In this document: one piece after another, positions 10,548 to 21,785 of the stretch
Position numbering within the stretch: position 1 is the stretch's first letter
Layout of the letters: every line of letters starts with the position of its first letter
Assembly: GCA_964612895.1 (NCBI GenBank)
Contig: CAZTFL010000001.1
Span: 371,560-435,559 of the forward strand
Length of the DNA: 64,000 bases
Direction of reading: 5' to 3'
Source of the DNA: Candidatus Woesearchaeota archaeon
GTDB taxonomy: Archaea > Nanobdellota > Nanobdellia > Pacearchaeales > GW2011-AR1
Program-made: the position numbers and the translations under genes
Notes under the pieces: generated by a model
The model's database searches: none
The model's input: only the letters and a program-made list of their open reading frames with translations
Told to the model about the DNA's origin: nothing

Positions 10548-11552
10548 ATGTTGCCTTCAAATATTAAAAAAAAACTAGAGAAGATGCATTATGGGATAGT
10601 TGGAAATCATTCTGCTGTTCAAATTTGTAGATGGACGAAAAATGCATTAAGAGGAGATCGTGGTTGTTGGAAAGAATTATTCTACGGAATTAAAAGTATC
10701 GGTTGTTGTGAAATGACTCCTTCTGTTATGTGGTGTGAAAATTCTTGTATTCATTGTTGGAGGCCTATAGAGATGAATCTGGGAACTAAAATACTTCAAT
10801 ATGATAGTCCTAAAGAAATATTAGATGGAATTATAAAAAAAAGAACGGAATTATTAGAAGGTTTTGGAGGAAATAAAAAAGTCGATAAAAAAATATTAGA
10901 AGAAGCTAAAAATCCAAAATTATTTACAATGTCTTTATCTGGAGAACCTACTATTTATCCTATGATTGGAGAGTTGTTTAAAGAAATAAGAAAAAGAGGC
11001 GCTGTTAGTTTTTTGGTAACAAATGGACAAAATCCTGATGTTGTAAAAAATCTAAAAATTGATGAACTTCCAACTCAAATTACTTTATCGACTAATGCCT
11101 CTAATAAAGAACTTTTTAATAAATGGCATAATTCTTGCAATAAGGACGCATGGGAAAGATTTCTTAAAAGTTTAGATGTAATAAAAGAATTGGAAAACAA
11201 AGTTCGAAGAGTTATTCGATTAACTTTAGTAAAAGAGGGTGAAGATGAATCTAATCAATTAAATTCCTTTTCGAATATGAGAGAAGAGCATATTTTAGAG
11301 TATTCCAATTTAATTTTAAGAGCTAATCCTGATTTTATACATATTAAAGGATTTAAGAGTGTTGGATATTCAAGAGAAAGAATGGGATATGATAAACAAC
11401 CTTGGTTTAAAGAGATTAAGGAATTTTCTATTAAATTAATGAATGAGATTAACAAAATAAATAATGATTATATCATTGGCGGAGAAGATGAAAGATGTTG
11501 TGTAGTTATGTTATCAAAAAAAGGAAAAGAACTAAAAATAAATAATATATAA
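10548..11552 (+). CDS. taw1: Radical-SAM tRNA 4-demethylwyosine synthase (Tyw1/Taw1)
   Basis: MHYGIVGNHSAVQICRWTK...CCEMTPS...CENSCIHCWRP Cys clusters and FLVTNGQ radical SAM core; about 330 aa as in archaeal Taw1. Confidence 0.7.
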   Translation: MLPSNIKKKLEKMHYGIVGNHSAVQICRWTKNALRGDRGCWKELFYGIKSIGCCEMTPSVMWCENSCIHCWRPIEMNLGTKILQYDSPKEILDGIIKKRTELLEGFGGNKKVDKKILEEAKNPKLFTMSLSGEPTIYPMIGELFKEIRKRGAVSFLVTNGQNPDVVKNLKIDELPTQITLSTNASNKELFNKWHNSCNKDAWERFLKSLDVIKELENKVRRVIRLTLVKEGEDESNQLNSFSNMREEHILEYSNLILRANPDFIHIKGFKSVGYSRERMGYDKQPWFKEIKEFSIKLMNEINKINNDYIIGGEDERCCVVMLSKKGKELKINNI

Positions 11553-11594
11553 TAAAATAATAATATTTATAAAGTATATACACCCCGTATATAC

Positions 11595-11930
11595 ATGGAT
11601 ATATTTGATAACACTATTTTATGTAAGAATTGTGAAAACAAAATGCTTCCGAAAAATGTTGTAAAAGATGGATTTACAATAAGAACTTTAAAATGTCCTA
11701 AATGCTCAAACTTAATATTTCATCCAGAAGATTTAAAAAATTATGAAGAATTCAAAAAGATAAAGGGCAAAAACTTTAAAGTCAAACTTAGATTTGTAGG
11801 AAACAGTTATGCTGTAAGTATTCCTAGAGAAATAATAGACTTTATTAATGATAAAGAAATAAATGATATAGTAAATCTGTGTATTGAAGATATAAACAGA
11901 TTGTCTCTATACTTTGAAAATGACAGATAA
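11595..11930 (+). CDS. Zinc-ribbon plus AbrB/SpoVT-like swapped-hairpin small protein
   Basis: CKNCEN...CPKCSN zinc ribbon, then [20 protein letters not shown] resembling an AbrB/MazE fold. The 3' end overlaps the cdc48 start by 17 nt. Confidence 0.4.
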   Translation: MDIFDNTILCKNCENKMLPKNVVKDGFTIRTLKCPKCSNLIFHPEDLKNYEEFKKIKGKNFKVKLRFVGNSYAVSIPREIIDFINDKEINDIVNLCIEDINRLSLYFENDR

Positions 11931-14223
11931 AGAAATGAAATTAAGAGTTGTAGAATCATTACAAGATGATGCGTATAAAGGGATTTCTAGAGTAGATCCT
12001 TCTATGATGAAAAAATTAGGATTAGATAGAGGAGATATTATATCAATAAAGGGAGATAGGGAAACTTATTCTATTGTTGATTATGGATATCCTGCGGATA
12101 GTGGTGAACAAATAATTAGAATAGATGGAATTACTAGAAAAAATGCAAAGACAGGAATTGGTGATTTTGTTTCTATAAAAAAATATAATATAACCGATGC
12201 AAAAAAAATAACAATAGCTCCTGCACAACAAGGTGTTCAAATTAAAGGAGATCCTAACGGTTTTAGATCTGCTCTATTAGGAAAACCTGTAAATAAAGGA
12301 GATGTAGTTGTTTTAGGTGGAACACAAAAAAGAAGAGATATCATTGGAGATGATTTTGGTGACATTTTTGGAGATTTATTTAATCAGATGGGATTAAGTG
12401 GGATGGGTCTTCCTATAAATATGGGGATGTCTCAAATAAGATTTATTGTTATTTCTACAACTCCAACACAACCTTGTATAATAACAGAGAATACTCAAAT
12501 CAGTTTAAGTAATAAAGCAGTTGATGTAAATGAAGAAAATATTCCTGAAATAACTTATGAAGATATTGGTGGATTAACAAATGAGGTTAGAAAAGTTAGA
12601 GAGATGGTTGAACTACCATTAAAAAGACCAGAAATTTTTTCTAGATTAGGAATAGAGCCTCCGAAGGGGGTTTTGCTTTATGGTGCTCCTGGAACTGGTA
12701 AAACACTCTTGGCAAGAGCAGTTGCGAATGAAAGTGATGCTAATTTTATTGTAATAAATGGTCCAGAAATTATGAGTAAATTTTATGGTGAGAGTGAGAA
12801 AAAAATTAGAGATATATTTGAAGATGCTCAAAAAAATGCTCCTTCAATTATTTTTATTGATGAGATTGATGCAATTGCTCCAAAAAGAGAAGATGGAAAT
12901 GGTGAAGTTGAAAAGAGAGTTGTATCACAATTATTGACGATGATGGATGGACTTCAATCTAGAGGAAAGGTTGTTGTAATTGGAGCTACAAATAGGCAAA
13001 ATGCAATTGATCCAGCACTTCGTAGACCTGGTAGATTTGATAGAGAAGTTGAACTTTCTGTTCCAGATAAAGACGGAAGATTGCAAATATTAAAAATTCA
13101 CACTAGAAATATGCCTCTCACTAAATCTGTTAGTTTAGAAGAACTTGCAGAAAAAACTTATGGATTTGTTGGAGCTGATTTAGAAGCTTTAACCAAAGAA
13201 GCTGCTATGTCTGTATTAAGAAGAAATATTCATAAATTTAATTTAGAAGAGGATAAAGAAATACCAAGAGAAATATTAGAAGAATTGATTATTACAAAAA
13301 ATGATTTTACTGAAGCATTGAAAAGTGTTAGGCCTTCTGCTATGAGAGAAGTTTTGGTTGAAACTCCTGATATTAGATGGGATGATATCGGAGGCATTCA
13401 AACTGTGAAACAAGAATTAAGAGAGGCTATAGAATGGCCATTAAAATATCCTAATAGTTTTACCAGAATAGGAATTAGACCTCCTAAAGGAGTTTTACTA
13501 TATGGACCTCCAGGAACTGGTAAGACGCTTTTAGCAAAAGCTGTTGCCAAAGAAAGCGATGCTAATTTTATTCAGATAAAAGGACCTTCTTTGTTATCTA
13601 TGTGGGTTGGAAAAAGCGAAGAAGGAATTAGAAAAATGTTTGAAAAAGCAAGACAGGTATCACCTTGCGTAATCTTTTTTGATGAAATTGATTCTATTGC
13701 TGGGAGAAGAGCAAATATAGAATCCGGAAGTAGAGCTACTGAAAATGTTTTAAATCAATTGTTAGCAGAAATGGATGGAATTGAAGATTTATCAAATGTC
13801 GTCGTTATTGGTGCAACGAATAGACCTGATATTTTAGATCCTGCAATTTTAAGACCTGGCAGATTTGATAGAATTGTTTATGTTTCTATACCTAAAGAAG
13901 ATGGAAGATTACAAATATTTGAAATACATACAAAAAACATGCCTATAAAAGAAAAAGAAAATGTTATTAAGAAATTAGCTAAAGAAACTGAAGGATATAC
14001 TGGAGCTGATATTGAAAATTTATGTAGAGAAGCAGGCATGCTAGCATTAAGAGAAAATATAGAATGTTCAGAAATTACAGAAAGACATTTTGAAAAAGCA
14101 ATGGATAAAGTTTTACCTAGTGTAAGTAAATCTGACGAAGAAAGATATAAACAGGTAGAACAAAAATATCTTAGAAGTGCTAATTCAGCTTTATCAAATA
14201 AAACAACTACTTATTTAGCATAA
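11914..14223 (+). CDS. cdc48: Cdc48/VCP-like AAA+ ATPase with N domain plus D1 and D2
   Basis: Two AAA modules, each with [16 protein letters not shown] Walker A, DEID Walker B and second-region-of-homology arginines; N-terminal double-psi-barrel-like region. Confidence 0.9.
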   Translation: MKMTDKEMKLRVVESLQDDAYKGISRVDPSMMKKLGLDRGDIISIKGDRETYSIVDYGYPADSGEQIIRIDGITRKNAKTGIGDFVSIKKYNITDAKKITIAPAQQGVQIKGDPNGFRSALLGKPVNKGDVVVLGGTQKRRDIIGDDFGDIFGDLFNQMGLSGMGLPINMGMSQIRFIVISTTPTQPCIITENTQISLSNKAVDVNEENIPEITYEDIGGLTNEVRKVREMVELPLKRPEIFSRLGIEPPKGVLLYGAPGTGKTLLARAVANESDANFIVINGPEIMSKFYGESEKKIRDIFEDAQKNAPSIIFIDEIDAIAPKREDGNGEVEKRVVSQLLTMMDGLQSRGKVVVIGATNRQNAIDPALRRPGRFDREVELSVPDKDGRLQILKIHTRNMPLTKSVSLEELAEKTYGFVGADLEALTKEAAMSVLRRNIHKFNLEEDKEIPREILEELIITKNDFTEALKSVRPSAMREVLVETPDIRWDDIGGIQTVKQELREAIEWPLKYPNSFTRIGIRPPKGVLLYGPPGTGKTLLAKAVAKESDANFIQIKGPSLLSMWVGKSEEGIRKMFEKARQVSPCVIFFDEIDSIAGRRANIESGSRATENVLNQLLAEMDGIEDLSNVVVIGATNRPDILDPAILRPGRFDRIVYVSIPKEDGRLQIFEIHTKNMPIKEKENVIKKLAKETEGYTGADIENLCREAGMLALRENIECSEITERHFEKAMDKVLPSVSKSDEERYKQVEQKYLRSANSALSNKTTTYLA

Positions 14224-14504
14224 TGAAATATATTAATATAGAAAATTATTTGATTAATAATCAAGATTTATTAATTCGATTTAAAGAAAATGATGATTGT
14301 TATCTTTATTTTTTACCTGATTCATTAAATAGACCTAGCATCGCAGACATGTTTAATACTGATAAAAGAAAAATGATGAGAATTATATCACATAAATCCT
14401 CTTATGAAACAATTAAAGGTAAAAAAATATTAAATCCGTTTGACACAACTCCTAAAATATCTGAAGGCCCTGTGAAAAATAGTTTTTATTTAAATAAATA
14501 TTAG
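14223..14504 (+). CDS. Hypothetical small protein
   Basis: Complete ORF overlapping the cdc48 stop (ATGA) with no recognisable motifs. The only support is its compact fit in the operon. Confidence 0.3.
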   Translation: MKYINIENYLINNQDLLIRFKENDDCYLYFLPDSLNRPSIADMFNTDKRKMMRIISHKSSYETIKGKKILNPFDTTPKISEGPVKNSFYLNKY

Positions 14505-15574
14505 TTATTTTCTAATTTTTCTAATTCTTTAAATAATTGTTTTTGTTCTTTTGACAAATTTTTAGGAGTTTTTATTTTTATTTTAATAAATTGATCTCCT
14601 ATTCTGTAATAAGAAACATTTTTTACACCTTTTCCTTTTAATCTAAAAACTGTATCTGGTTGAATTCCTGCTGGAATTTTTATTTTAGTATTCCCTGAAA
14701 GTGTTGGAACGCTGATTGTTGAACCTAGAGCTGCTTGAGAAAATGTTATTTCTAAATCACTATATATATCATCTCCATCTCTTTGGAATATTGAATGAGG
14801 TTTAACATTAATAACTAATAATAAATCTCCTGCCTGTCCGTTATAAATTTCATTTCCAGAATTTGGAACTCTTAAAATTTGACCATTATCTATTCCCGCT
14901 GGAATTTTGACTTTTATTTTTTCTTTTTTATTTATAACTCCATCTCCCGAGCATGTTGAACAAACTTGTTTTGGAATTTTACCAGAGCCTGAACATGTTG
15001 AACAAGCTCTTGTTTGTCTTATTATTCCAAATGGTGTTCTTTGTTCTAAATTAATTCTTCCTTTCCCAGAACATTTTTCACATTTTATAAATTCTTTATT
15101 TTTTGCTCCCGTGCCTTCACAATTTTTACAAACTACATTTTTTTTGATTTCTATTTCTTTTTCTGCTCCAAAAACTGCTTCTTCAAACTCAATTGTTAAT
15201 CTATATTTTAAGTCCTCTGCATCATTTTCTCTTTCATAGTTATCTCTACGATTAAAATTATTAAAAAAACTTCCTCCAAATAAATCTTCAAAAATACTTG
15301 AGAAATCTGCTCCTCTAAAAATATCTTCTTGTGAATATTGTCTATCGAATCCTTCGTGGCCATAAGTATCATATTTATTCTTTTTTGAATCATCTGATAA
15401 TACGGCATAAGCTTCACTTATTTCTTTAAATTTTTGCTCATATTCTTGTTTTTTATCTTCTGGTGCTCTGTCCGGATGATATTTAAGTGCTAATTTTTTA
15501 TAGGCTTTCTTTATTGTCTCTTTATCGTCTTCTTTTTTTACTCCAAGAATTTCATAATAATCTTTTTTCTCCAT
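14501..15574 (-). CDS. dnaJ: Chaperone DnaJ (Hsp40)
   Basis: J domain DYYEILGV...KKAYKKLALKYHPD, four CxxCxGxG zinc-finger repeats, C-terminal domains. Confidence 0.9.
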   Translation of the reverse strand: MEKKDYYEILGVKKEDDKETIKKAYKKLALKYHPDRAPEDKKQEYEQKFKEISEAYAVLSDDSKKNKYDTYGHEGFDRQYSQEDIFRGADFSSIFEDLFGGSFFNNFNRRDNYERENDAEDLKYRLTIEFEEAVFGAEKEIEIKKNVVCKNCEGTGAKNKEFIKCEKCSGKGRINLEQRTPFGIIRQTRACSTCSGSGKIPKQVCSTCSGDGVINKKEKIKVKIPAGIDNGQILRVPNSGNEIYNGQAGDLLLVINVKPHSIFQRDGDDIYSDLEITFSQAALGSTISVPTLSGNTKIKIPAGIQPDTVFRLKGKGVKNVSYYRIGDQFIKIKIKTPKNLSKEQKQLFKELEKLENN

Positions 15575-15623
15575 AAATTCATCTTGTTATTTCCTTATTT
15601 AAGTTTTATTGAAGAAAAAATAT

Positions 15624-17420
15624 TTATTCAACAACTTCTGCATCTTTTACATCATCTTTTTTTGAATCTTTTTCTTCTTCTTTTGTCTCTTGTTGAGCAC
15701 TTTGTTGATACATTTTTGCTCCCATTTCTTGAGATAATTTTTGTATTTCTTCTAGTTTGTTTTTTATTTTTTCTATTTCTTCATTTTTCAACAATTCTTT
15801 TAATTCATTAATTTCTGAAGTTATTTTATCAACAGTTTCTTTGTCTATTTTTTCTTTATATTCTGTTAGCATTTTTTCTGTCGTATAAATTAAAGATTCT
15901 GCATTATTTTTTACTTCTATTGATTCTTTTCTTTTCTTATCTTCTTCTTTATATTTTTCAGATTCTCTTAACATTTTTTCGATATCATCTTTATTTAATC
16001 CTGAGCCTCCAGTTATTGTAATCTTTTGTTCTTTTCCTGTTCCTAAATCTTTTGCTGAAACTTTTACAATTCCGTTTGCGTCTATATCAAATGTTACTTC
16101 AATTTGTGGGACTCCTCTTGGAGCTGGTGGTATTCCGACTAAATCAAATCTTCCTAAAGATTTATTATCAGAAGCCATTTCTCTTTCTCCTTGTAATACG
16201 TTTATTGTTACAGCTGGTTGACTATCGGCTGCAGTTGAGAAAACTTGACTTTTTTTCGTTGGTATAGTTGTATTTCTTTCTATTAATGGAGTTCTTATTC
16301 CTCCTAATGTTTCTATTCCTAATGTTAATGGTGTAACATCTAATAATAAAATATCTTTTACGTCTCCGCCTAAAATTCCACCTTGTATTGCAGCACCTAA
16401 CGAAACTGCTTCATCTGGATGAACGGATTTGTCTGGAACTAATCCTGTTAATTCTTCAACGATTTTTTGAACTTTTGGAATTCTTGTGCTTCCACCTACT
16501 AATATTACTTTGTCTATTTTTTCTAATTTAGCATCTTTAATGGCTTGTTTTGTTGGTCCTTTTAATTTCTCAAATATAGGATCACAGATTTCTTCAAATT
16601 TTGATCTTGTTAAATTTACATTCAAATGTTTAGGTCCTGTTGAATCTGCTGTAATATATGGAATGTTTATTGCTGATTGTTGTGAAGAACTTAGTTCTAT
16701 TTTTGCTTTTTCTGCAGCATCTTTTAATCTTTGTAAGGCAACTAAATCTTCTCTTAAATCTATTCCACTCGTTTTTTTGAATTCTTTAGAAAGATAATCA
16801 ATTATTGTTTCATCTATATCATCTCCGCCTAAATGATTATTTCCGCTTGTTGCTTTTACCTCAAAAACTCCGTCTCCTAATTCCAGAACTGAAACATCAA
16901 AAGTTCCACCACCAAAGTCAAAAACTAAAATATTGTGTGATTCAGATTTGTCTAGTCCGTATGCTAGTGCGGCAGCTGTTGGTTCATTTACTATTCTTTT
17001 AACATTTAATCCAGCTATTTGACCAGCGTCTTTTGTTGCTTGTCTTTGAGCGTCTTCAAAATATGCGGGAACTGTTATTACAGCATCTTTAATTTCGTAG
17101 CCTAAATAATTTTCGGCGTCTTTTTTTAATTTTTGTAGAATCATTGCGGATATTTGTTCTGGACTATAATCTTTTCCTTCTATAGTAACTTTTGTTTTTT
17201 GTCCCATTAATCTTTTTATACTTCTTACTGTATTCTTTGGATTAGCTACTGCTTGTCTTCTAGCTATATCTCCAACTAATATTTCGCCATTACTTATAGC
17301 AACTACACTTGGAGTAGTATTATTTCCTTCTGTATTTGGAATTATTTTTGGTCTTCCACCTTCAAGTACACTAACTGCTGAAAATGTTGTTCCTAAATCA
17401 ATTCCTATTATTTTACTCAT
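15624..17420 (-). CDS. dnaK: Chaperone DnaK (Hsp70)
   Basis: [33 protein letters not shown] Hsp70 signatures. Confidence 0.95.
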   Translation of the reverse strand: MSKIIGIDLGTTFSAVSVLEGGRPKIIPNTEGNNTTPSVVAISNGEILVGDIARRQAVANPKNTVRSIKRLMGQKTKVTIEGKDYSPEQISAMILQKLKKDAENYLGYEIKDAVITVPAYFEDAQRQATKDAGQIAGLNVKRIVNEPTAAALAYGLDKSESHNILVFDFGGGTFDVSVLELGDGVFEVKATSGNNHLGGDDIDETIIDYLSKEFKKTSGIDLREDLVALQRLKDAAEKAKIELSSSQQSAINIPYITADSTGPKHLNVNLTRSKFEEICDPIFEKLKGPTKQAIKDAKLEKIDKVILVGGSTRIPKVQKIVEELTGLVPDKSVHPDEAVSLGAAIQGGILGGDVKDILLLDVTPLTLGIETLGGIRTPLIERNTTIPTKKSQVFSTAADSQPAVTINVLQGEREMASDNKSLGRFDLVGIPPAPRGVPQIEVTFDIDANGIVKVSAKDLGTGKEQKITITGGSGLNKDDIEKMLRESEKYKEEDKKRKESIEVKNNAESLIYTTEKMLTEYKEKIDKETVDKITSEINELKELLKNEEIEKIKNKLEEIQKLSQEMGAKMYQQSAQQETKEEEKDSKKDDVKDAEVVE

Positions 17421-17424
17421 TTTT

Positions 17425-17853
17425 TTATTCTCCTTTTTTTGTTATTTTTACTTTTGATACTCTTATTATTTTATCATTTAACATGTACCCTTTTTGTAAT
17501 TCTTCAATTATCATTCCTTCTTCTCCTTTACTTTCTTCTTGCATTAAAGCTTCGTGATATTTTGGATTAAATTTTCCTTGAGTGTCTATTTTTTTCAAAC
17601 CTTTTTTTTCCAAAAGTGAGTATAATTCTGAATATATCATTTTTACCCCGTCATCTTTTGTGTATTTTAATGACAACTCAAAGTCATCTATTATATCTAA
17701 TAGCTCAGTTATTAGACTTTCTTGTGCATTTGTAATAATTTCAAACTTTTCTCTTTGTGTTCGTTTTCTGAAATTATCAAATTCTGCTTGCAAACGCTGT
17801 AAAGTCTCTATATATTCTTTCTCTTTTGACTCATTTGTTTGCTCATTATCCAT
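17425..17853 (-). CDS. grpE: Nucleotide exchange factor GrpE
   Basis: [15 protein letters not shown] GrpE motif; sits directly upstream of dnaK. Confidence 0.85.
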   Translation of the reverse strand: MDNEQTNESKEKEYIETLQRLQAEFDNFRKRTQREKFEIITNAQESLITELLDIIDDFELSLKYTKDDGVKMIYSELYSLLEKKGLKKIDTQGKFNPKYHEALMQEESKGEEGMIIEELQKGYMLNDKIIRVSKVKITKKGE

Positions 17854-17865
17854 TTTATTGCGCTT

Positions 17866-17914
17866 CTGTTGAGCTTAAATCAACAGATACAGTTTACTTA
17901 AAATCAACAGGTAT
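17866..17914. promoter_or_regulatory. Palindrome CTGTTGA-N7-TCAACAG plus a direct repeat of AAATCAACAG(A/G)TA in the divergent grpE / regulator intergenic region. Candidate operator.
   Basis: Read directly: ctgttgagcttaaatcaacag at 17866-17886 and a second tcaacag at 17904-17910. Confidence 0.3.
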
Positions 17915-17940
17915 TTAAACTTTTCGTTTCTTATTTATTT

Positions 17941-18345
17941 ATGGATTATTTTAAGGAAATAACTATTATTAACATGGATAAACTAAGTGATGATGAACTT
18001 AATGAAGATATTCAGTGGATTTCAAATTGTTTAGGGATGTTTAATAAGAGGGATAAGGAAAAATCTTGTTTTAGAATTTTTGTAAATTTACTTAAAGAAA
18101 AGGACCCGATATCCTCTGATGAAATTGCTGAAAAGTCTAATTTATCAAGAGGAACTGTGATTCATCATATTTCAAAACTTAGAGATTCTGGAATTGTTAT
18201 TAAAAAAGAAAATGGATATACGCTAAAGACGAGAAATTTTGAGGATTTAATAAAAGAAATAGAAAAAGATGTTTTTAGTACGATTGAAAAGATAAAAGAA
18301 GTGTCAAAAAGAATTGATGAGAAGTTAGGAGAAGATTTTTTTTAA
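17941..18345 (+). CDS. Winged-helix transcriptional regulator, divergent from grpE-dnaK-dnaJ (possible heat-shock regulator)
   Basis: SSDEIAEKSNLSRGTVIHHISKLRDSGIV is a helix-turn-helix with recognition helix; the rest is acidic and coiled. Confidence 0.45.
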   Translation: MDYFKEITIINMDKLSDDELNEDIQWISNCLGMFNKRDKEKSCFRIFVNLLKEKDPISSDEIAEKSNLSRGTVIHHISKLRDSGIVIKKENGYTLKTRNFEDLIKEIEKDVFSTIEKIKEVSKRIDEKLGEDFF

Positions 18346-18654
18346 AGAATATAAATATTTATTTCTCTACTAAATAACTAAGTATTCTATAACAGTTAGT
18401 ATTCCTTTAATTGTTGTTCAAAAAAATAATCCTGTTCTTGTAGATATGAGAATATTTTGTATGTTTTTCTATTTTTTAGTAATGTTCAGAAACTTAATCA
18501 TTTTATATCAGTAGTTTTATAATAAGAGATTTCTTTAAGACAGAGTAGATAATATTCAATAAAAATGTTCAAAAAAACCAGACAAAATCATTAATTTAAC
18601 AATAAATACTAAAAATCTTATTTTATAATCACGTCATTCTCGTTTTGTGTTCTA

Positions 18655-18727
18655 TGCTCCGTCCGGGATTTGAACCCGGGTCGCTGCCGTGAAAGGGCAG
18701 TATCCTTGGCCACTAGACTAACGGAGC
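18655..18727 (-). tRNA. tRNA-Glu (UUC)
   Basis: The reverse complement GCUCCGU...CUGCC-CUUUCAC-GGCAG...GGUUCAAAUCC...ACGGAGCA folds as a cloverleaf; the anticodon is UUC. Confidence 0.85.
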
Positions 18728-19019
18728 CTAATATTTAGTATTTAAAATCGTTTTTAAAGTTTAGTGTAATGATATTAATTAATCATTTTCATCAACCTTT
18801 AATGTAATAATACGATAAAAAAATCAGGAATATCTACTCAAATAAAAATTGTCCTAATGATGAAAAATATTTTGAACTAACTACCCAGCGGTTTTAGGAT
18901 TCTATTTTAAAAAATGACATTTTTTTGTTCTCGCGCAAATCCTACTTCGCCATAAACCTTAAAAAGGATATTTTAGATAATTTAATATGGCAACAAAATT
19001 ACCTGCAACACAAAATAGA

Positions 19020-19150
19020 TTGTTCAAGAATGCTTTTGTTTGTAAGGTTTGTAAACATAAAATGCATTTAGATAATTTGAAGATTTTATCTGGAAAAGCT
19101 AGATGTAGAAAGTGTGGTTCAAATGATTTTAGGCCACAAAGAAAGAAATA
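19020..19150 (+). CDS. rpl40e: Ribosomal protein L40e. The ORF reads from a TTG, and the conserved N-terminus lies in another frame from the ATG at 18986.
   Basis: LFKNAFVCKVCK...RCRKCGSNDFRPQRKK matches the L40e pattern (RIFLKKICRxCG...KCRRCxSKNLRPKKK). The upstream ATG-frame MATKLPATQNR matches the L40e N-terminus but stops after 19 codons. Confidence 0.6.
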
Positions 19151-19245
19151 ATTATATTATACAATGTCTTTATTTCGTATTTTGATTTTATTCTTAAGAT
19201 AACTATCTTTTTATAGGAATAAATGCCATACAAAATTTATTTATG

Positions 19246-19809
19246 TTAAAGTTTTCCTATCAATTTGATATCAACTTTCAAATCTTCTTTCCCTATATCC
19301 CATCTAGCTGGGCAGGCGTGTCCTGGATTTTTTCTTGAATGAATTATTGCGGATATTTTTCTAATTAATTCTGTAGCATTTCTCCCTACTGGTTCGTCTG
19401 TTACTTCAATAAATTTTATTATTCCTTCTGGGTCTATTACGAAAGTTGCTCTATCTGCGACTCCTTCTTTTTCTCTTAAAACTCCATAAAGTTTAGAAAT
19501 TTCGTGGGATGGGTCTGCTAACATAGGAAATTTAATTTTACTTATTTTTGGAGATGTTTCGTGCCAAGCCGCATGAATAAAATGTGTATCTGTTGAAATA
19601 CTCAAAACTTCTACTCCCATATCTTTTAGTTTTTCATAATTATCCGCCATATCTTCTAATTCTGTTGGACAAACAAATGTAAAGTCTGCTGGATAAAAAA
19701 ACAAGATAACAAACTTACCTTTATAATTCTCTAATGAGATTTCACTAAATGAATCATTCAAAAATGCATTAGTTGTAAAACTTGGTGCTAAACTATTTAT
19801 TGATATCAT
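19246..19809 (-). CDS. 2-Cys peroxiredoxin (AhpC/TSA family)
   Basis: FTFVCPTEL peroxidatic Cys motif, thioredoxin fold length. Confidence 0.85.
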   Translation of the reverse strand: MISINSLAPSFTTNAFLNDSFSEISLENYKGKFVILFFYPADFTFVCPTELEDMADNYEKLKDMGVEVLSISTDTHFIHAAWHETSPKISKIKFPMLADPSHEISKLYGVLREKEGVADRATFVIDPEGIIKFIEVTDEPVGRNATELIRKISAIIHSRKNPGHACPARWDIGKEDLKVDIKLIGKL

Positions 19810-20065
19810 AATACTTTATTAAAAACTACTTCATTTAAATAAATTACTAAAAATGGATTTTTAACCATAAAAATCACGGTTCTTTTAATATTAAATGTTC
19901 CCAATAAATTTATAAAGAAATTTTTTCTTCATGATTTGTAGAAAATGGTTTCACAAAAATTATCAATTATAAATAATGATCATATTCACTTTCGTTTCGT
20001 ATTAGTGAGAAAAATTAAGTGATAAGCATATTTCTACAAAAAATAACTAAATTATAGGAGAAAAA

Positions 20066-21259
20066 ATGGCAAAAATAAGTCCTTCGTCAATAAAATATTC
20101 TATCATTGCTGACTTTGAAGCAGAAGGTCCATTCCAAAAACCAGATGTAATTGGAGCAATTTTTGGACAAACTGAGGGTCTTTTAGGTTCAGACATGGAA
20201 CTAAGAGAATTGCAAAAAGATGGTAAAATAGGTAGAGTTGAAGTTGAATTAACTACTGTTGATGGAAAAACAAAAGGAGAAATTATTATACCAACTGCTT
20301 TAGACAAAACAGAAACTACAATAATTGCTGCGTCTTTGGAAACAATAGATAAAATTGGGCCAACTGATGCAAAAATAACTATCCGAGAAATTGAGGATGT
20401 TAGAGGTAGCAAAAGAGATTATATAATGGAAAGAGCCAAGCAGTTATTATCAAGAATTCAAAACGAAAGTATGGATTCAAAAGAGATAGGAAATGAATTA
20501 AGAGAATCTACAAGAACTGCAAAAATTATTTCTTATGGTCCTGAGGGTTTAGCCGCTGGTCCAGAATTAGAAAGTTCTAATGAAATAATTGTTGTGGAAG
20601 GAAGAGCAGATGTTGTTAATATGTTGAAATACGGATTTAACAATGTTATAGGTATGCAAGGGACAAGATTCCCTCAAACGATCTCTGAACTTGGAAAAAC
20701 AAAAGAAATAACTCTTTTTGTTGATGGTGATAGAGGAGGAAATTTAATTATCCAAAATGTATGTGATAATGCTAAAGTTTCTTTTGTCGCTCAAGCACCA
20801 GATGGAAAAGAAGTTGAAGAATTAGCTGGAAAAGAAATTCATCAAGCACTTAGAAAAAAAGTAGAGGCTAGTTTCTTTTTAAGAAAATTAAACAACAATT
20901 CTTTTGAAAATAAACGTAATTTCCAAGAAAAAAATGAAAATCCAAATACTTCTAATGAAGATACAAATACATCTAATGAGAAAAGATCATTAACAGAAGA
21001 TGATAAAAAGAAAATAAGAAAAGCTTCTGAATTACTTAAGAATAGAAACGTATTGATTCTTAATGAGAATATGGAAGTTATACAAGATGTTTCTTTATCT
21101 AGACTCAACACAATAGGAGCTAAAGATGCCTTTGTTTTGATTAGTTCTAGCGCTACATCTGTTTTAGTAAATAATGCAGAAAGATTAAAAGCAAGAGCTA
21201 TTGCGGCAAAGACTTTCTCAAAACTTCCTGATACAAAATTAGAAATATTATCTATTTAA
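20066..21259 (+). CDS. dnaG: Archaeal DnaG-type primase / exosome-associated TOPRIM protein
   Basis: N-terminal KYSIIADFEAEGPFQKPDVIGAIFGQTEGLLG is typical of archaeal DnaG; TOPRIM region IVVEGRADV...FVDGDRGG; an AGGAG SD lies upstream. Confidence 0.85.
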   Translation: MAKISPSSIKYSIIADFEAEGPFQKPDVIGAIFGQTEGLLGSDMELRELQKDGKIGRVEVELTTVDGKTKGEIIIPTALDKTETTIIAASLETIDKIGPTDAKITIREIEDVRGSKRDYIMERAKQLLSRIQNESMDSKEIGNELRESTRTAKIISYGPEGLAAGPELESSNEIIVVEGRADVVNMLKYGFNNVIGMQGTRFPQTISELGKTKEITLFVDGDRGGNLIIQNVCDNAKVSFVAQAPDGKEVEELAGKEIHQALRKKVEASFFLRKLNNNSFENKRNFQEKNENPNTSNEDTNTSNEKRSLTEDDKKKIRKASELLKNRNVLILNENMEVIQDVSLSRLNTIGAKDAFVLISSSATSVLVNNAERLKARAIAAKTFSKLPDTKLEILSI

Positions 21260-21274
21260 TTGGGATTATTATTT

Positions 21275-21784
21275 TTATTTCCCTTTTTTATTTTTTAATA
21301 ATATTAATAATTCTATAATTATTAAACAAAATATTAATACAAAAAATATTGAAAAATTAAATTTATTATTATATTTATTTTCTATTAGTTTTATTTTATC
21401 TTTTGATTTTACAGTGTTAAAATTTATCCATATTCCAATACCTACCAATTCATCTATTGGTTTTACTAATAGTACTCCTTTTTTATTTACTAGATATTTT
21501 GATTTAAAACAAATTTCATATAAATTAATATTTTTTGAATAATTAAAATTAATATTTTCTCTTTCATTAGATAAATTATAATCTGATATTTTTCTACTAG
21601 AAATATTTTGTGTCCATTTTGAACTAATTTCTAAATCTGATTCTTTAGATATCTGAACACTAATATTTTGACACAACCATTCATTTGTATTTCCTGAATA
21701 ATTTAATTCTTTTGGAGAGATTTTAAAATCTAATGCATATGAAAAAGAAATAAAAAAAATAAAAAATAATATTATTATTTTCAT
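21275..21784 (-). CDS. Secreted protein with a C-terminal TM anchor (169 aa)
   Basis: Signal peptide, C-terminal helix FSIFFVLIFCLIIIELLILL then KNKKGK; the start lies 1 nt after the upstream gene's stop. Confidence 0.4.
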   Translation of the reverse strand: MKIIILFFIFFISFSYALDFKISPKELNYSGNTNEWLCQNISVQISKESDLEISSKWTQNISSRKISDYNLSNERENINFNYSKNINLYEICFKSKYLVNKKGVLLVKPIDELVGIGIWINFNTVKSKDKIKLIENKYNNKFNFSIFFVLIFCLIIIELLILLKNKKGK

Positions 21785-21785
21785 C

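Noticed and set aside
14907-15239. + strand ORFs inside dnaJ, and similarly 15584-15811, 16052-16267, 16486-17002 and 17582-17872 inside dnaK and grpE
   Set aside because: They are antisense shadows of strongly conserved chaperone genes.
18760-18985. Possible ncRNA in the long intergenic region after tRNA-Glu
   Set aside because: The region is AT-rich with no convincing stems or conserved boxes, and is more likely promoter or leader sequence for rpl40e.
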